Assembly (NCBI GenBank): GCA_903936565.1
Contig: CAIZVZ010000019.1
Location: forward strand, 3,559 to 67,558
Length of the DNA: 64,000 bases
Source of the DNA: an uncultured bacterium
GTDB lineage: Bacteria > Patescibacteriota > Minisyncoccia > Phycocordibacterales > CAIZLB01
Reading direction: 5' to 3'
This document shows, piece after piece, positions 29,417-37,736 of the stretch. How positions within the stretch are numbered: position 1 is the stretch's first letter; each line of letters starts with the position of its first letter. A program made the position numbers and the translations under genes. The notes under the pieces are model-generated. The model made no database searches. It was not told the origin of the DNA and saw only the letters and a program-made list of their open reading frames with translations.

Positions 29417-30499
29417 TTATTTTATTAACATCATCACTCCATTCTCAATCTTTGCTGGAAAAAGCGGAAAATTTATTTCTCCTTTTTCATTAACATTTAA
29501 TTTCCCCATCAATCCATCAAAGTCTTTTACGTTCTTAAGATTATTGAATACTTCTTTTGAATTATTTGCGCCCTTGAGCGATTGACTATATATCCCTGTA
29601 AGATCATAACCTATTGCTGAATATGCACTTGGTTTGGTTTTATATTTATTTTCGTAAGCAGCAGAGAAGTCCATCACTTTCTGATTACCAGATAAATAAT
29701 ATTCTGGAGTTGTAAGATAGACTCCTTCGGCTAAGTTACCTGCTTTTTCTTGAACAGTTTGTGATGATAATATCCAGTTTGTCATTTTGACTTTATCGAA
29801 ATTCATTTCTTTCATCTGCTTAAGAATGCTAACAAGTTGATTATCTAATCCTATGATGTACACACCTTCAGCTTCAGAGTTTTTAATTTTAGTAATTTGA
29901 GTTTTGAAATCTTGATCCTTTTTATCAAACTCCTCAATATCTACAATAGAAGCGCCTGATTTTTCTGCAACATCTTTAAACACTTCTCCATAAGTTTTTC
30001 CATACTCGTCATTACTTACAAGAAAGGAAATCTTCTTAAGATTAAGTGATTTGGTGGCGAAGTTTGCCATGATTGGAGCTTCTTGCTCAGCTGAAGTAAA
30101 ATATCTTATAGACAAATCTCCTTGTGCTTTTCTTGCAGAAACTAATGTTTGCATAGAGAAGATTCCATCCTTTTCTGCTATCGGAACGACAGCATTAGCA
30201 ACTGAGCTTAAGGAAAGTATAACGGAACCAAGGTTGTTCTGTGATTTTAACTTCTGATATGCTGAAATTGCTGAATTGGTATTTGATTGGCTGTCTTCAT
30301 AAACTAAATTGATCTTTGTATCTTGATTAGCTAAATCCATTCCTTTCTTCATTTCCTCACCAAAAAACTGAGCGGGGCCAGTAAGGGGAAGTACGGCACC
30401 TATTACAAGAGGTTTGCTGTTACTTGAATTAGTGAATAATATTGTGCCTATTGTGATAACAAGAATAACTGCGACTATTGATATAATTTTGTTTTTCAT
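29417..30499 (-). CDS. membrane-anchored LivJ-like type-I solute-binding protein (paralog 7), orphan
   Basis: From the internal Met MKNKIISIVAVILVITIG (TM) then LVIGAVLPLTGPAQFFGEEMKKGMDLANQ. The ORF-track start at 30553 adds 18 unlikely residues. Confidence 0.65.
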   Translation of the reverse strand: MKNKIISIVAVILVITIGTILFTNSSNSKPLVIGAVLPLTGPAQFFGEEMKKGMDLANQDTKINLVYEDSQSNTNSAISAYQKLKSQNNLGSVILSLSSVANAVVPIAEKDGIFSMQTLVSARKAQGDLSIRYFTSAEQEAPIMANFATKSLNLKKISFLVSNDEYGKTYGEVFKDVAEKSGASIVDIEEFDKKDQDFKTQITKIKNSEAEGVYIIGLDNQLVSILKQMKEMNFDKVKMTNWILSSQTVQEKAGNLAEGVYLTTPEYYLSGNQKVMDFSAAYENKYKTKPSAYSAIGYDLTGIYSQSLKGANNSKEVFNNLKNVKDFDGLMGKLNVNEKGEINFPLFPAKIENGVMMLIK

Positions 30500-30604
30500 A
30501 TTTGTGTCAATATAATAAAACGATATGATAGCTCTGTCAAAGATGTATGACATAATCTAGGAATATACCGCTATAAACAAAGCCAGAACGGAAAATATGA
30601 AATG

Positions 30605-30623
30605 TTGTCACGGATTTTGACAA
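30605..30623 (+). promoter_or_regulatory. inverted repeat TTGTCA-N7-TGACAA upstream of, or overlapping the annotated start of, regulator paralog 7; overlaps a TTGACA -35-like hexamer
   Basis: ttgtca cggattt tgacaa. TTGACA at 30619-30624 is followed 17 nt later by TATTAT, and the family-consensus start MDTLEYKNKLISLGL is at 30656. Confidence 0.45.
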
Positions 30624-30655
30624 AATACATACCAAGAGATATTATTGTAATTATA

Positions 30656-31402
30656 ATGGATACACTAGAATACAAAAATAAGCTGATTTCTCTTGGTTTA
30701 ACAGATAGGCAGGCTGTTGTTTATATTAAAGCTTTGGAATTCGGATCATTTTCAGTTGCGAGTTTGGCCCATGCTACGGGTATTAAAAGGCCAACTTGCT
30801 ATCTTGTTTTGGATGAATTATCTCAAAAGGGCTTAGTTTCTGTTATTCCTAATGCTAAGAAGACCAAATATAAAGCGGAGTCACCGGAGATTCTGATCAA
30901 ACAGATTGAAACGCAGATGGTTACCGCTAAAAGAGTTTCAAATGATTTGCTCAAGCTCTATAATCCGAAGGCAGAAGGACCTACTTTGCTGTATTTCTCT
31001 GGACAGAAGGCAATCAGAGGTATATTTGATGATGTCTTGAAGGTAAAAAGTAAGGAGTATTTGTATATTGGATCAGGAAGAGATGTTATTGATATGGTTG
31101 GAAAGGAATATATTGACCATTGGCTAACGGAAAGAGTTGAAAAGGAGATAATAGCAAGAAGTATTAGAATGAAGAGTACAGAGGTTATGGAGGATATATA
31201 TCAAACAAATATTATGCGTGATTTGCGTCTTGCTCCTGATTTTATCCATATTGCTGAGACTATATTTATTTATGACAACAAAGTCTCCATCATATCTACT
31301 TCTAATGAGAACTTTGGTTTTGTTGTAGAAAACAAAGAGTTTGCAAATACCATGCGTGGCTTGTTTGAGGCACTTTGGGCAGTTTCAGAAAATAGATCAT
31401 AA
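30656..31402 (+). CDS. TrmB-family HTH regulator-like protein (paralog 7)
   Basis: MDTLEYKNKLISLGLTDRQAVVYIKALEFGSFSVASLAHATGIKRPTCYLVLDELSQKGLVS, with C-terminal VVENKEFANTMRGLFEALWAV. The ORF-track start at 30602 would place the inverted repeat inside the coding sequence. The internal Met fits the paralog N-termini better. Confidence 0.6.
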   Translation: MDTLEYKNKLISLGLTDRQAVVYIKALEFGSFSVASLAHATGIKRPTCYLVLDELSQKGLVSVIPNAKKTKYKAESPEILIKQIETQMVTAKRVSNDLLKLYNPKAEGPTLLYFSGQKAIRGIFDDVLKVKSKEYLYIGSGRDVIDMVGKEYIDHWLTERVEKEIIARSIRMKSTEVMEDIYQTNIMRDLRLAPDFIHIAETIFIYDNKVSIISTSNENFGFVVENKEFANTMRGLFEALWAVSENRS

Positions 31403-31406
31403 CAAA

Positions 31407-31435
31407 AACACCTTAGATTTAATTTCTAAGGTGTT
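31407..31435. terminator. bidirectional terminator between regulator paralog 7 (+) and tig (-)
   Basis: Perfect 11-bp stem AACACCTTAGA-tttaatt-TCTAAGGTGTT, followed by TTTCG. Confidence 0.65.
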
Positions 31436-31464
31436 TTCGTGATTATATATTGTTTGAGATTATA

Positions 31465-32514
31465 TTATTTCTGTTCTTCCAACCATTTCCATACAGCCTC
31501 GTTTAGCATAATTGTCTCAACATAAATTGTAGCTCTCACGCGGTCTGCATCTTTGTAGTAGTTAAGTAGGGCGTCAACTTCTTTCTTGATTGCATCCTCT
31601 GAAACTTCAATCTTTTCTTCAATTGCAATCTTGTTCAAGAGTAGTTGTGTCTTTGCTCTTTTCTCTGCATCTGGTCTCCATTCTTTCTTTATATCCTCAA
31701 GTGTCTTTCCAATGTGTCTCAAGTAGTCCTCGATAGAAAGTCCCATTTGAGAAATGTTTGATGACATCTCAGCAACCATTTTCTCAAGTTCTGAAAGAAT
31801 TAGCATCTCTGGCATTTCTATTTCAGATTCCTTGATAATTTCCTCCATTATCTTTAATCTCTTCTTTTCCTTTTCTTTGCGAGTTTTGTCTGCTGTGATT
31901 CCTTCTTTAACTTTTTCCTTAAATTCCTCAACTGTTTTTAGGTCGCCAAATTTCTTTATAAAATCTTCATTCACTTCTGGAAGTTCCAGTTCTCCATGAT
32001 TGTGATCATGATCATCTGGATTATTTGCATGATGCTCATCGTGAGCAACTTGTTTTCTAAGTTCCTCTACAGCTTCATCGACTTCTTTGTCGTTTACTGT
32101 AACTTCAACTTTTTCAGCCATTATCTTACTAGCTGATTTCTTATACTTTCCAATTTTTACTTCTGGCATTAGAGCTGTTCTAACTTTAAAACCAAATGCC
32201 TCATTTGGTGCTACTTTTGTAATTGTAAATGCAGGTGATCCAACAGCCTTTATATCAAGAGATGTAATTATTTCTGTATAGTGATGTTCAAGTGCCAACC
32301 TTCCAGCTTCCTCGGTTATTGCCATTTCTCCCAGCTTGTCCACAAGTTGTTTTTCTGGAATATGACCTGGTCTGAAGCCGTCAATTTTAACTTCTTCATT
32401 AAAGCTCTTTAGGGCTTTGGCTCTAAACTCTGCGACTGTTTCTGCATTGATTTCACCTTCAACTTCGAATTCTGAATTAGGAAGTTTTTGTTTGTTGGTT
32501 ATTGTAAAAGACAT
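31465..32514 (-). CDS. tig: trigger factor (short form, apparently lacking the central PPIase domain)
   Basis: The N-terminal ribosome-binding region KIDGFRPGHIPEKQLVDKLGE matches the trigger-factor GFRxGxxP signature. At 349 aa it is shorter than canonical ~430-aa trigger factors. The acidic, His-rich segment in the middle is unusual. Confidence 0.55.
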   Translation of the reverse strand: MSFTITNKQKLPNSEFEVEGEINAETVAEFRAKALKSFNEEVKIDGFRPGHIPEKQLVDKLGEMAITEEAGRLALEHHYTEIITSLDIKAVGSPAFTITKVAPNEAFGFKVRTALMPEVKIGKYKKSASKIMAEKVEVTVNDKEVDEAVEELRKQVAHDEHHANNPDDHDHNHGELELPEVNEDFIKKFGDLKTVEEFKEKVKEGITADKTRKEKEKKRLKIMEEIIKESEIEMPEMLILSELEKMVAEMSSNISQMGLSIEDYLRHIGKTLEDIKKEWRPDAEKRAKTQLLLNKIAIEEKIEVSEDAIKKEVDALLNYYKDADRVRATIYVETIMLNEAVWKWLEEQK

Positions 32515-32537
32515 TTTATTTGATTTATTCTGAATAA

Positions 32538-33089
32538 TTATTTTGCCACACTATCCTTATTGCCATACTTCTCTTCATAGAGTTTCTTGGCTCTATCAAA
32601 GGCTTTCTTTGCATCCTCTGCTCCACCTATGCTATCAATTGTAACAATTTTCTTTTGCATTTGCTTGTATGTCAAAAAGAAGTGTTCAATCTCTTCAATT
32701 GTGTGAGGATTAACATCTGACAAATCGTGAACATTATTCCATCTTGGATCCCCTACAGGAACGGCGACGATCTTTGCATCTGAATCTCCATCGTCAACCA
32801 TGTTTAAAATTGCAACAGGGCGAATACGCGCCATTACTCCTGGGATAAGGGCGTGAGTTGTAAGAATTACAGTATCAAGTGGGTCACCATCATCCCAAAG
32901 TGTTCTTGGAATAAATCCATAATCAAATGGATAATCTTGTGTTGTATAACCAACTCTGTCAAGTGAGATTAATCCTGTCTTTTTATCTATTTCATATTTG
33001 TTTTTTGATCCCTTGTTGATTTCAATGATTGTTATCATTTCCTCTGGAGTTCCGGAATCAATATCGTGCCATAAGTTCATTCTTGTCAT
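32538..33089 (-). CDS. ppa: inorganic pyrophosphatase (family I)
   Basis: Family-I signature region DGDPLDTVIL plus downstream conserved Asp residues. Length is ~183 aa. Confidence 0.85.
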   Translation of the reverse strand: MTRMNLWHDIDSGTPEEMITIIEINKGSKNKYEIDKKTGLISLDRVGYTTQDYPFDYGFIPRTLWDDGDPLDTVILTTHALIPGVMARIRPVAILNMVDDGDSDAKIVAVPVGDPRWNNVHDLSDVNPHTIEEIEHFFLTYKQMQKKIVTIDSIGGAEDAKKAFDRAKKLYEEKYGNKDSVAK

Positions 33090-33217
33090 CATTTTGTCAT
33101 TAATTAAGTTCTTATAATTTAATTGTTTAGATATCTTCTGAAATAAGTAACAAAGGGACTTTCCAACGGGTTCGTGTTAGAACCACTTTTGTTTCCATTT
33201 GGAAAGTTGGTTCTTAT

Positions 33218-34510
33218 TTACTCTGCTTCCTTCACTCCATCCTCTGCTTCCACTAGTACTCCGTCTGAAATTAGTTTTGCCACATCGCTATCATTGATTA
33301 CCATTTCTTGTTCATCTTGCAAATCCGCTGCCTCTTCATTGTTATTTCCTTTTCCAAACTTTCCACCAATATCTTCACCACTTAGGTCTTCTACTTTTAC
33401 GGATTGAATGTCGATTCTCCATCCGGTCAGCTTTGCTGCGAGTCTTACGTTTTGTCCTCCTTTTCCGATAGCTAGTGATTGTTGGTCTTCCGCGACTTCA
33501 ACTACTGCTGTCTTATCTTGCTCATTAATCTTGATATTTATAATCTTTGCTGGAGATAGAGCGTCGGCGATGAATTCTGCTGGATTTTCTGACCAATCAA
33601 CGATATCAATTTTTTCTCCATTTAATTCACCTGTTACTGTATTTACTCTGACCCCACGTTGCCCAACCATTGATCCGATTGGATCGATATGTGAGTCTGC
33701 TGCGTAAACTGCAATTTTTGACCTTGCTCCCGCCTCTCTTGCTACTGACTTAACTTCCACTGTTCCTGCTGCAATCTCTGGTACCTCAATCTTGAACAGC
33801 TCTGCCAGGAAGTGGGGTGTTGCACGTGAGAGTCTGAGGAATATTCCTCTTGGAGTTTCCTCAACACGCATGAGGCACGCCCTGATTCTTTCTCCTTGAT
33901 TGTAATGCTCTCCTGGAATTTGCTCATCATATGGAAGCAAACCGATTGCACGTCCCATGTTGATAAATACTGTTCCTCTTTCTATTCTTTCTACTGTCCC
34001 TGAAACAATTTCTCCTTCCTTCTTTCCAAATTCATTGAGTACTGATATCTTCTCTGCCTCTCTGATCTTTTGAATAATGACTTGTTTTGCTGTTTGAGCT
34101 GCGATTCTTCCGTAATCCTCCTTTGTTTCTAGCGGGAAGACTAGTTCTTCGCCCACTTGCACATCCTTCTTAATTTTTCTGGCGATATCCAGCAAAATGT
34201 GCTGTTCGTCGTTGAAAATGACTCTTTCCTCATCTTCTCTGTTGATATCATAGGCTGATTCTGGGAGTGTACCGTCTTCATTGGGGAATATTGTTTTTTC
34301 TGGATCGACGGCGGTTTTTACCTGACAAAACTCTACTTTTCCGGTGTTAATATCAAAAATAGCCCTGATATATTGACCCTTTCTGCCGTACTCCTTCTTA
34401 TAGGCGGTGGCGAGGGCTAATTCTATGGCTTCTAGTATTTTTTCTCTGGGGATTCCTCTCTCTTCTTCTAATTGGTCAAGGACTGAATGTATTACTTTTA
34501 GATCAAACAT
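33218..34510 (-). CDS. nusA: transcription termination/antitermination protein NusA
   Basis: NusA N-terminal domain, S1 domain, and tandem KH domains (IGKGGQNVRLAAKLTGWRIDIQS), with an acidic C-terminal tail. Confidence 0.85.
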   Translation of the reverse strand: MFDLKVIHSVLDQLEEERGIPREKILEAIELALATAYKKEYGRKGQYIRAIFDINTGKVEFCQVKTAVDPEKTIFPNEDGTLPESAYDINREDEERVIFNDEQHILLDIARKIKKDVQVGEELVFPLETKEDYGRIAAQTAKQVIIQKIREAEKISVLNEFGKKEGEIVSGTVERIERGTVFINMGRAIGLLPYDEQIPGEHYNQGERIRACLMRVEETPRGIFLRLSRATPHFLAELFKIEVPEIAAGTVEVKSVAREAGARSKIAVYAADSHIDPIGSMVGQRGVRVNTVTGELNGEKIDIVDWSENPAEFIADALSPAKIINIKINEQDKTAVVEVAEDQQSLAIGKGGQNVRLAAKLTGWRIDIQSVKVEDLSGEDIGGKFGKGNNNEEAADLQDEQEMVINDSDVAKLISDGVLVEAEDGVKEAE

Positions 34511-34766
34511 GATATTTAATTGTTATTTAGTTGTTTAAGTTTGTTTGGCTGGCGCCGATTCGGGCCTTTTTAAGGCTTTGTTTGGTCGAATTTGACCTTG
34601 CGACACCCGTCTCTTTTGGATAAACCCTTTATTTAAGCCGTATAATATGGCTCTTTGTGAGTTTTTGGGAAAAAAATTAGCCCGCCTTTCGGGCGAACAT
34701 AACTTGAGACCTCATTAATATAGCATTGTTTGGTAAAATGGTCAAAAAAAGTTGTAATATTAATGT

Positions 34767-36620
34767 TTGACTAACGACTCATTAAGTATGCAACAGGCTA
34801 TTACAAATACTAAAGATTCGACTGAAAAGAAAGAAAAGGACGTTTTTATAGGATTAAACTTCTATAGAATCCTTAAGCTTGTTTGGGCGTATGATAAAAC
34901 CTACTTGATAGTGGAGTTTCTTTTGACTGTATTGAGGTCGGTTTTGCCGTTCGTCTTGGCTTGGTATTCGGCGTTGTTTATTAATAAAATAACATCTGGA
35001 GAATTAACTAGTATTTTTGATCCAGGACTAATTAGCATTGTCGTTGTTTACTTATCGTTGCCGCTTGTGATGGGACTAGCTGATGTTTGGTATACGTACT
35101 TTTTCAATAAATTCTATGTGTTTTTTGCTCAATATATACACTTGATGTTTATAGAAAAAAGGCATGAAATTGACGTTCAAACTTATGAAAACGCTGATTT
35201 TAACAACCTTGTCGTTAGGGTTAATGAGAATGAAGAAAAGATACTCTGGTTTACCGACTGGTTCTTTTATATAGTTGGTAAGTTTGTAGTACTAGCTTCT
35301 GTTGCCTTCATTCTTTTCAATTATAGATGGTGGTTTTTACCAATACTAATATTGTCTATACTTCCAGATTTAGTTTTGCAAATTAAGTTTGGTAAAATTA
35401 AGTATGGCATTTGGGATGCTAAATCAGAAGTTAAGCGTAAATTTAACTTGTTAACATTTTATTTTTCTGATATCGCCTCTTTAACTGAAATTAAGATATT
35501 TAAAAACAAGGATTATTTTAAAAATATAATAAGTAGCCTACTCGGGTCTTTTAATGTCGAATTAAACAACAATGAGAATCGAAGAACAAAATATAAAAAT
35601 CTAACCACCTTGATTGAGGTTTTTGTGGGTGCTGTAATTGTCTTTTATTTAATGAATGATGTGATTGGTAAAACCTTAGCAGTTGGAACATTCATCTTTC
35701 TTTTGGGTAGAATGTCTGATACTAGAGAATCAATCTCGGAACTATTTAGGGGATTTTCTATCTTGAGCAGTGATAATAAATTTATTACAGATGTTTTTAA
35801 ATTCCTTGATACAAAAAAGGTTGTGAAGAACGGTCGTGTTAAAATAGATAAGGGGACTCCTGAAATTGAATTTTCAAATGTGTCATTTGCTTACCCTGAT
35901 ACAAAAAAGAATGTACTAAATAATTTCGATTTTAAAATTAAAGCGGGGGAAAAGATTGCTATTGTTGGAGTTAATGGAGCTGGAAAGACGACTCTTACAA
36001 AATTAATAATGAGATTCTATGATGTAACAAAAGGGTCAATATCGATTGGAGGGGAAAACATAAAGAATATTGATCTATCTGATTATTACCAAAGAGTTGG
36101 ACACCTGTCTCAAAATTATGCGCATTATAAATTACCTGCTAAAGAAATTATTGCACTTGGAAACACAGAACTACCTTTAGATATTGATCGGGTGATTGAA
36201 TCTGCTAAAAAGTCTGGTGCGCATGAATTTATTTCGGCGTGGGAAAAGGGGTATGATACTCAGCTTGGAAAGGAGTTTGACGACGGTGTCGAACCGTCTG
36301 TTGGTCAGTGGCAAAAGCTTGCGCTTGCTAGAATGTTTTACAAAAATCCACAAATTTGGATATTGGATGAGCCAACAGCTTCGATTGACTCTGTTGCTGA
36401 AATGGAAATATTCCAAGAGCTAGAAAATCTACCAGAAGATAAGACTGTCATATTAATTTCTCACAGATTTAATACGGTAAAGAATGCTAACAGAATTATG
36501 GTTATTGAAGATGGGGAGGTGAAGGAGTTTGATAGCCATCACAAATTGATGAAAATCAAAGATGGAATTTATAAGAAATTATTTGAGATGCAGAAGAAGT
36601 CTTATGAGACGGTGGTATAG
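34767..36620 (+). CDS. ABC transporter, fused permease/ATP-binding protein (exporter architecture)
   Basis: Six-helix TMD N-terminal, followed by an NBD with Walker A VGVNGAGKTT, signature SVGQWQKLALAR and Walker B ILDEPT. Confidence 0.8.
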   Translation: MTNDSLSMQQAITNTKDSTEKKEKDVFIGLNFYRILKLVWAYDKTYLIVEFLLTVLRSVLPFVLAWYSALFINKITSGELTSIFDPGLISIVVVYLSLPLVMGLADVWYTYFFNKFYVFFAQYIHLMFIEKRHEIDVQTYENADFNNLVVRVNENEEKILWFTDWFFYIVGKFVVLASVAFILFNYRWWFLPILILSILPDLVLQIKFGKIKYGIWDAKSEVKRKFNLLTFYFSDIASLTEIKIFKNKDYFKNIISSLLGSFNVELNNNENRRTKYKNLTTLIEVFVGAVIVFYLMNDVIGKTLAVGTFIFLLGRMSDTRESISELFRGFSILSSDNKFITDVFKFLDTKKVVKNGRVKIDKGTPEIEFSNVSFAYPDTKKNVLNNFDFKIKAGEKIAIVGVNGAGKTTLTKLIMRFYDVTKGSISIGGENIKNIDLSDYYQRVGHLSQNYAHYKLPAKEIIALGNTELPLDIDRVIESAKKSGAHEFISAWEKGYDTQLGKEFDDGVEPSVGQWQKLALARMFYKNPQIWILDEPTASIDSVAEMEIFQELENLPEDKTVILISHRFNTVKNANRIMVIEDGEVKEFDSHHKLMKIKDGIYKKLFEMQKKSYETVV

Positions 36621-36630
36621 TTCATTGTCA

Positions 36631-37611
36631 TTATTCTTGAATTTTTTCAAATGATGTCTTGGCATCGTTTACCCTAAAACCTGTCGCGGGGACCAGTCTC
36701 GATCTAAGTTTGTATTTTGCAAGAAAATCATCGTAAGAGTCTCGCATTCTATTTTGATCGCCATTTGTCCAATTTCTCCACAGGTCTTTTTCGTATTTAT
36801 TGGTGGCTCTTTTGAATTTAAAATTTTTCCACCAGGCTTTAATTTTGTTACCTTTTTTTAATTCTGAAACTACCGAGAGGGGAGATTCTTTCGTCTTGGT
36901 TAGAACATTGTATCCCAACACGGCGCCAGATTTTGGATCTCTAACAGCGATTGTCGTATATTTCATTTTGTCGTGAGCTAGAAAAATTCGCATGTCAGGA
37001 GTGGAATGGAGAAGGTTTGGATATGAATTTTCCATTTTTTCTGGTTTATGACCCCTAATCCAGTTGGAAAACCTTGTAAAGAAACCTAACTTCTTTGGCA
37101 CTGGCGGTCTCATAGTCTCTGACGGATGTGTATGTATAAGATGGTATTTTTCATCTGTATTGCGCTCTTGTTTAAATAAGTTGAGTTTTATATGGTTTGG
37201 TGAAGATTCTATGGTTTCTAATTCTCTTGCACCTTTACCATCCTTATATTTTATAAACGCATGCTCGATGTGAGGCCTGGTTGTACCTTCTATAACCTCA
37301 ACAGTTCTTCTTTTGGGTAACGGGGGTGGATCTATAGTACTCCTTATTGTTTTTGGAGCTGTACCAGCAAGGTCTTTTCTCTTCAGTCTTTCTGCGGTGC
37401 GTGTGGATTCATAGTCTAGGTGTGAAATTTCTGAATCTTGTACTCCATACGGGTCCCTGGCTCTTTCGAGGGTAACTGGCATGGATTCCTTCGTAGTATA
37501 ATCATCTGAGATGGCAGGCTCGGATTCATAAGTGGTTTTCGGATCTTCCACAAAACTAAAGCTCTCTTTCATAGTTAATTTAATTATAATTTTTTTGTTT
37601 AGAATAAACAA
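36631..37611 (-). CDS. hypothetical basic protein
   Basis: 326-aa ORF with no recognizable motifs and no TM segments. Confidence 0.3.
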   Translation of the reverse strand: MFILNKKIIIKLTMKESFSFVEDPKTTYESEPAISDDYTTKESMPVTLERARDPYGVQDSEISHLDYESTRTAERLKRKDLAGTAPKTIRSTIDPPPLPKRRTVEVIEGTTRPHIEHAFIKYKDGKGARELETIESSPNHIKLNLFKQERNTDEKYHLIHTHPSETMRPPVPKKLGFFTRFSNWIRGHKPEKMENSYPNLLHSTPDMRIFLAHDKMKYTTIAVRDPKSGAVLGYNVLTKTKESPLSVVSELKKGNKIKAWWKNFKFKRATNKYEKDLWRNWTNGDQNRMRDSYDDFLAKYKLRSRLVPATGFRVNDAKTSFEKIQE

Positions 37612-37736
37612 GCTTGAAGCAGGTGGGGTGTTTTATTCAAAATTTTATCCATTTGTTGCTCATGTTTATTTTTTTTAGCATCTTATACCCTGATTTTTAT
37701 AGAATTAAATTTCTTGGCGTGATATAATTTACATAA

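Noticed and set aside
33174-33707. Plus-strand ORFs antisense within nusA
   Set aside because: Same reasoning as above: Ser-rich, low-complexity and inside a confidently called gene.
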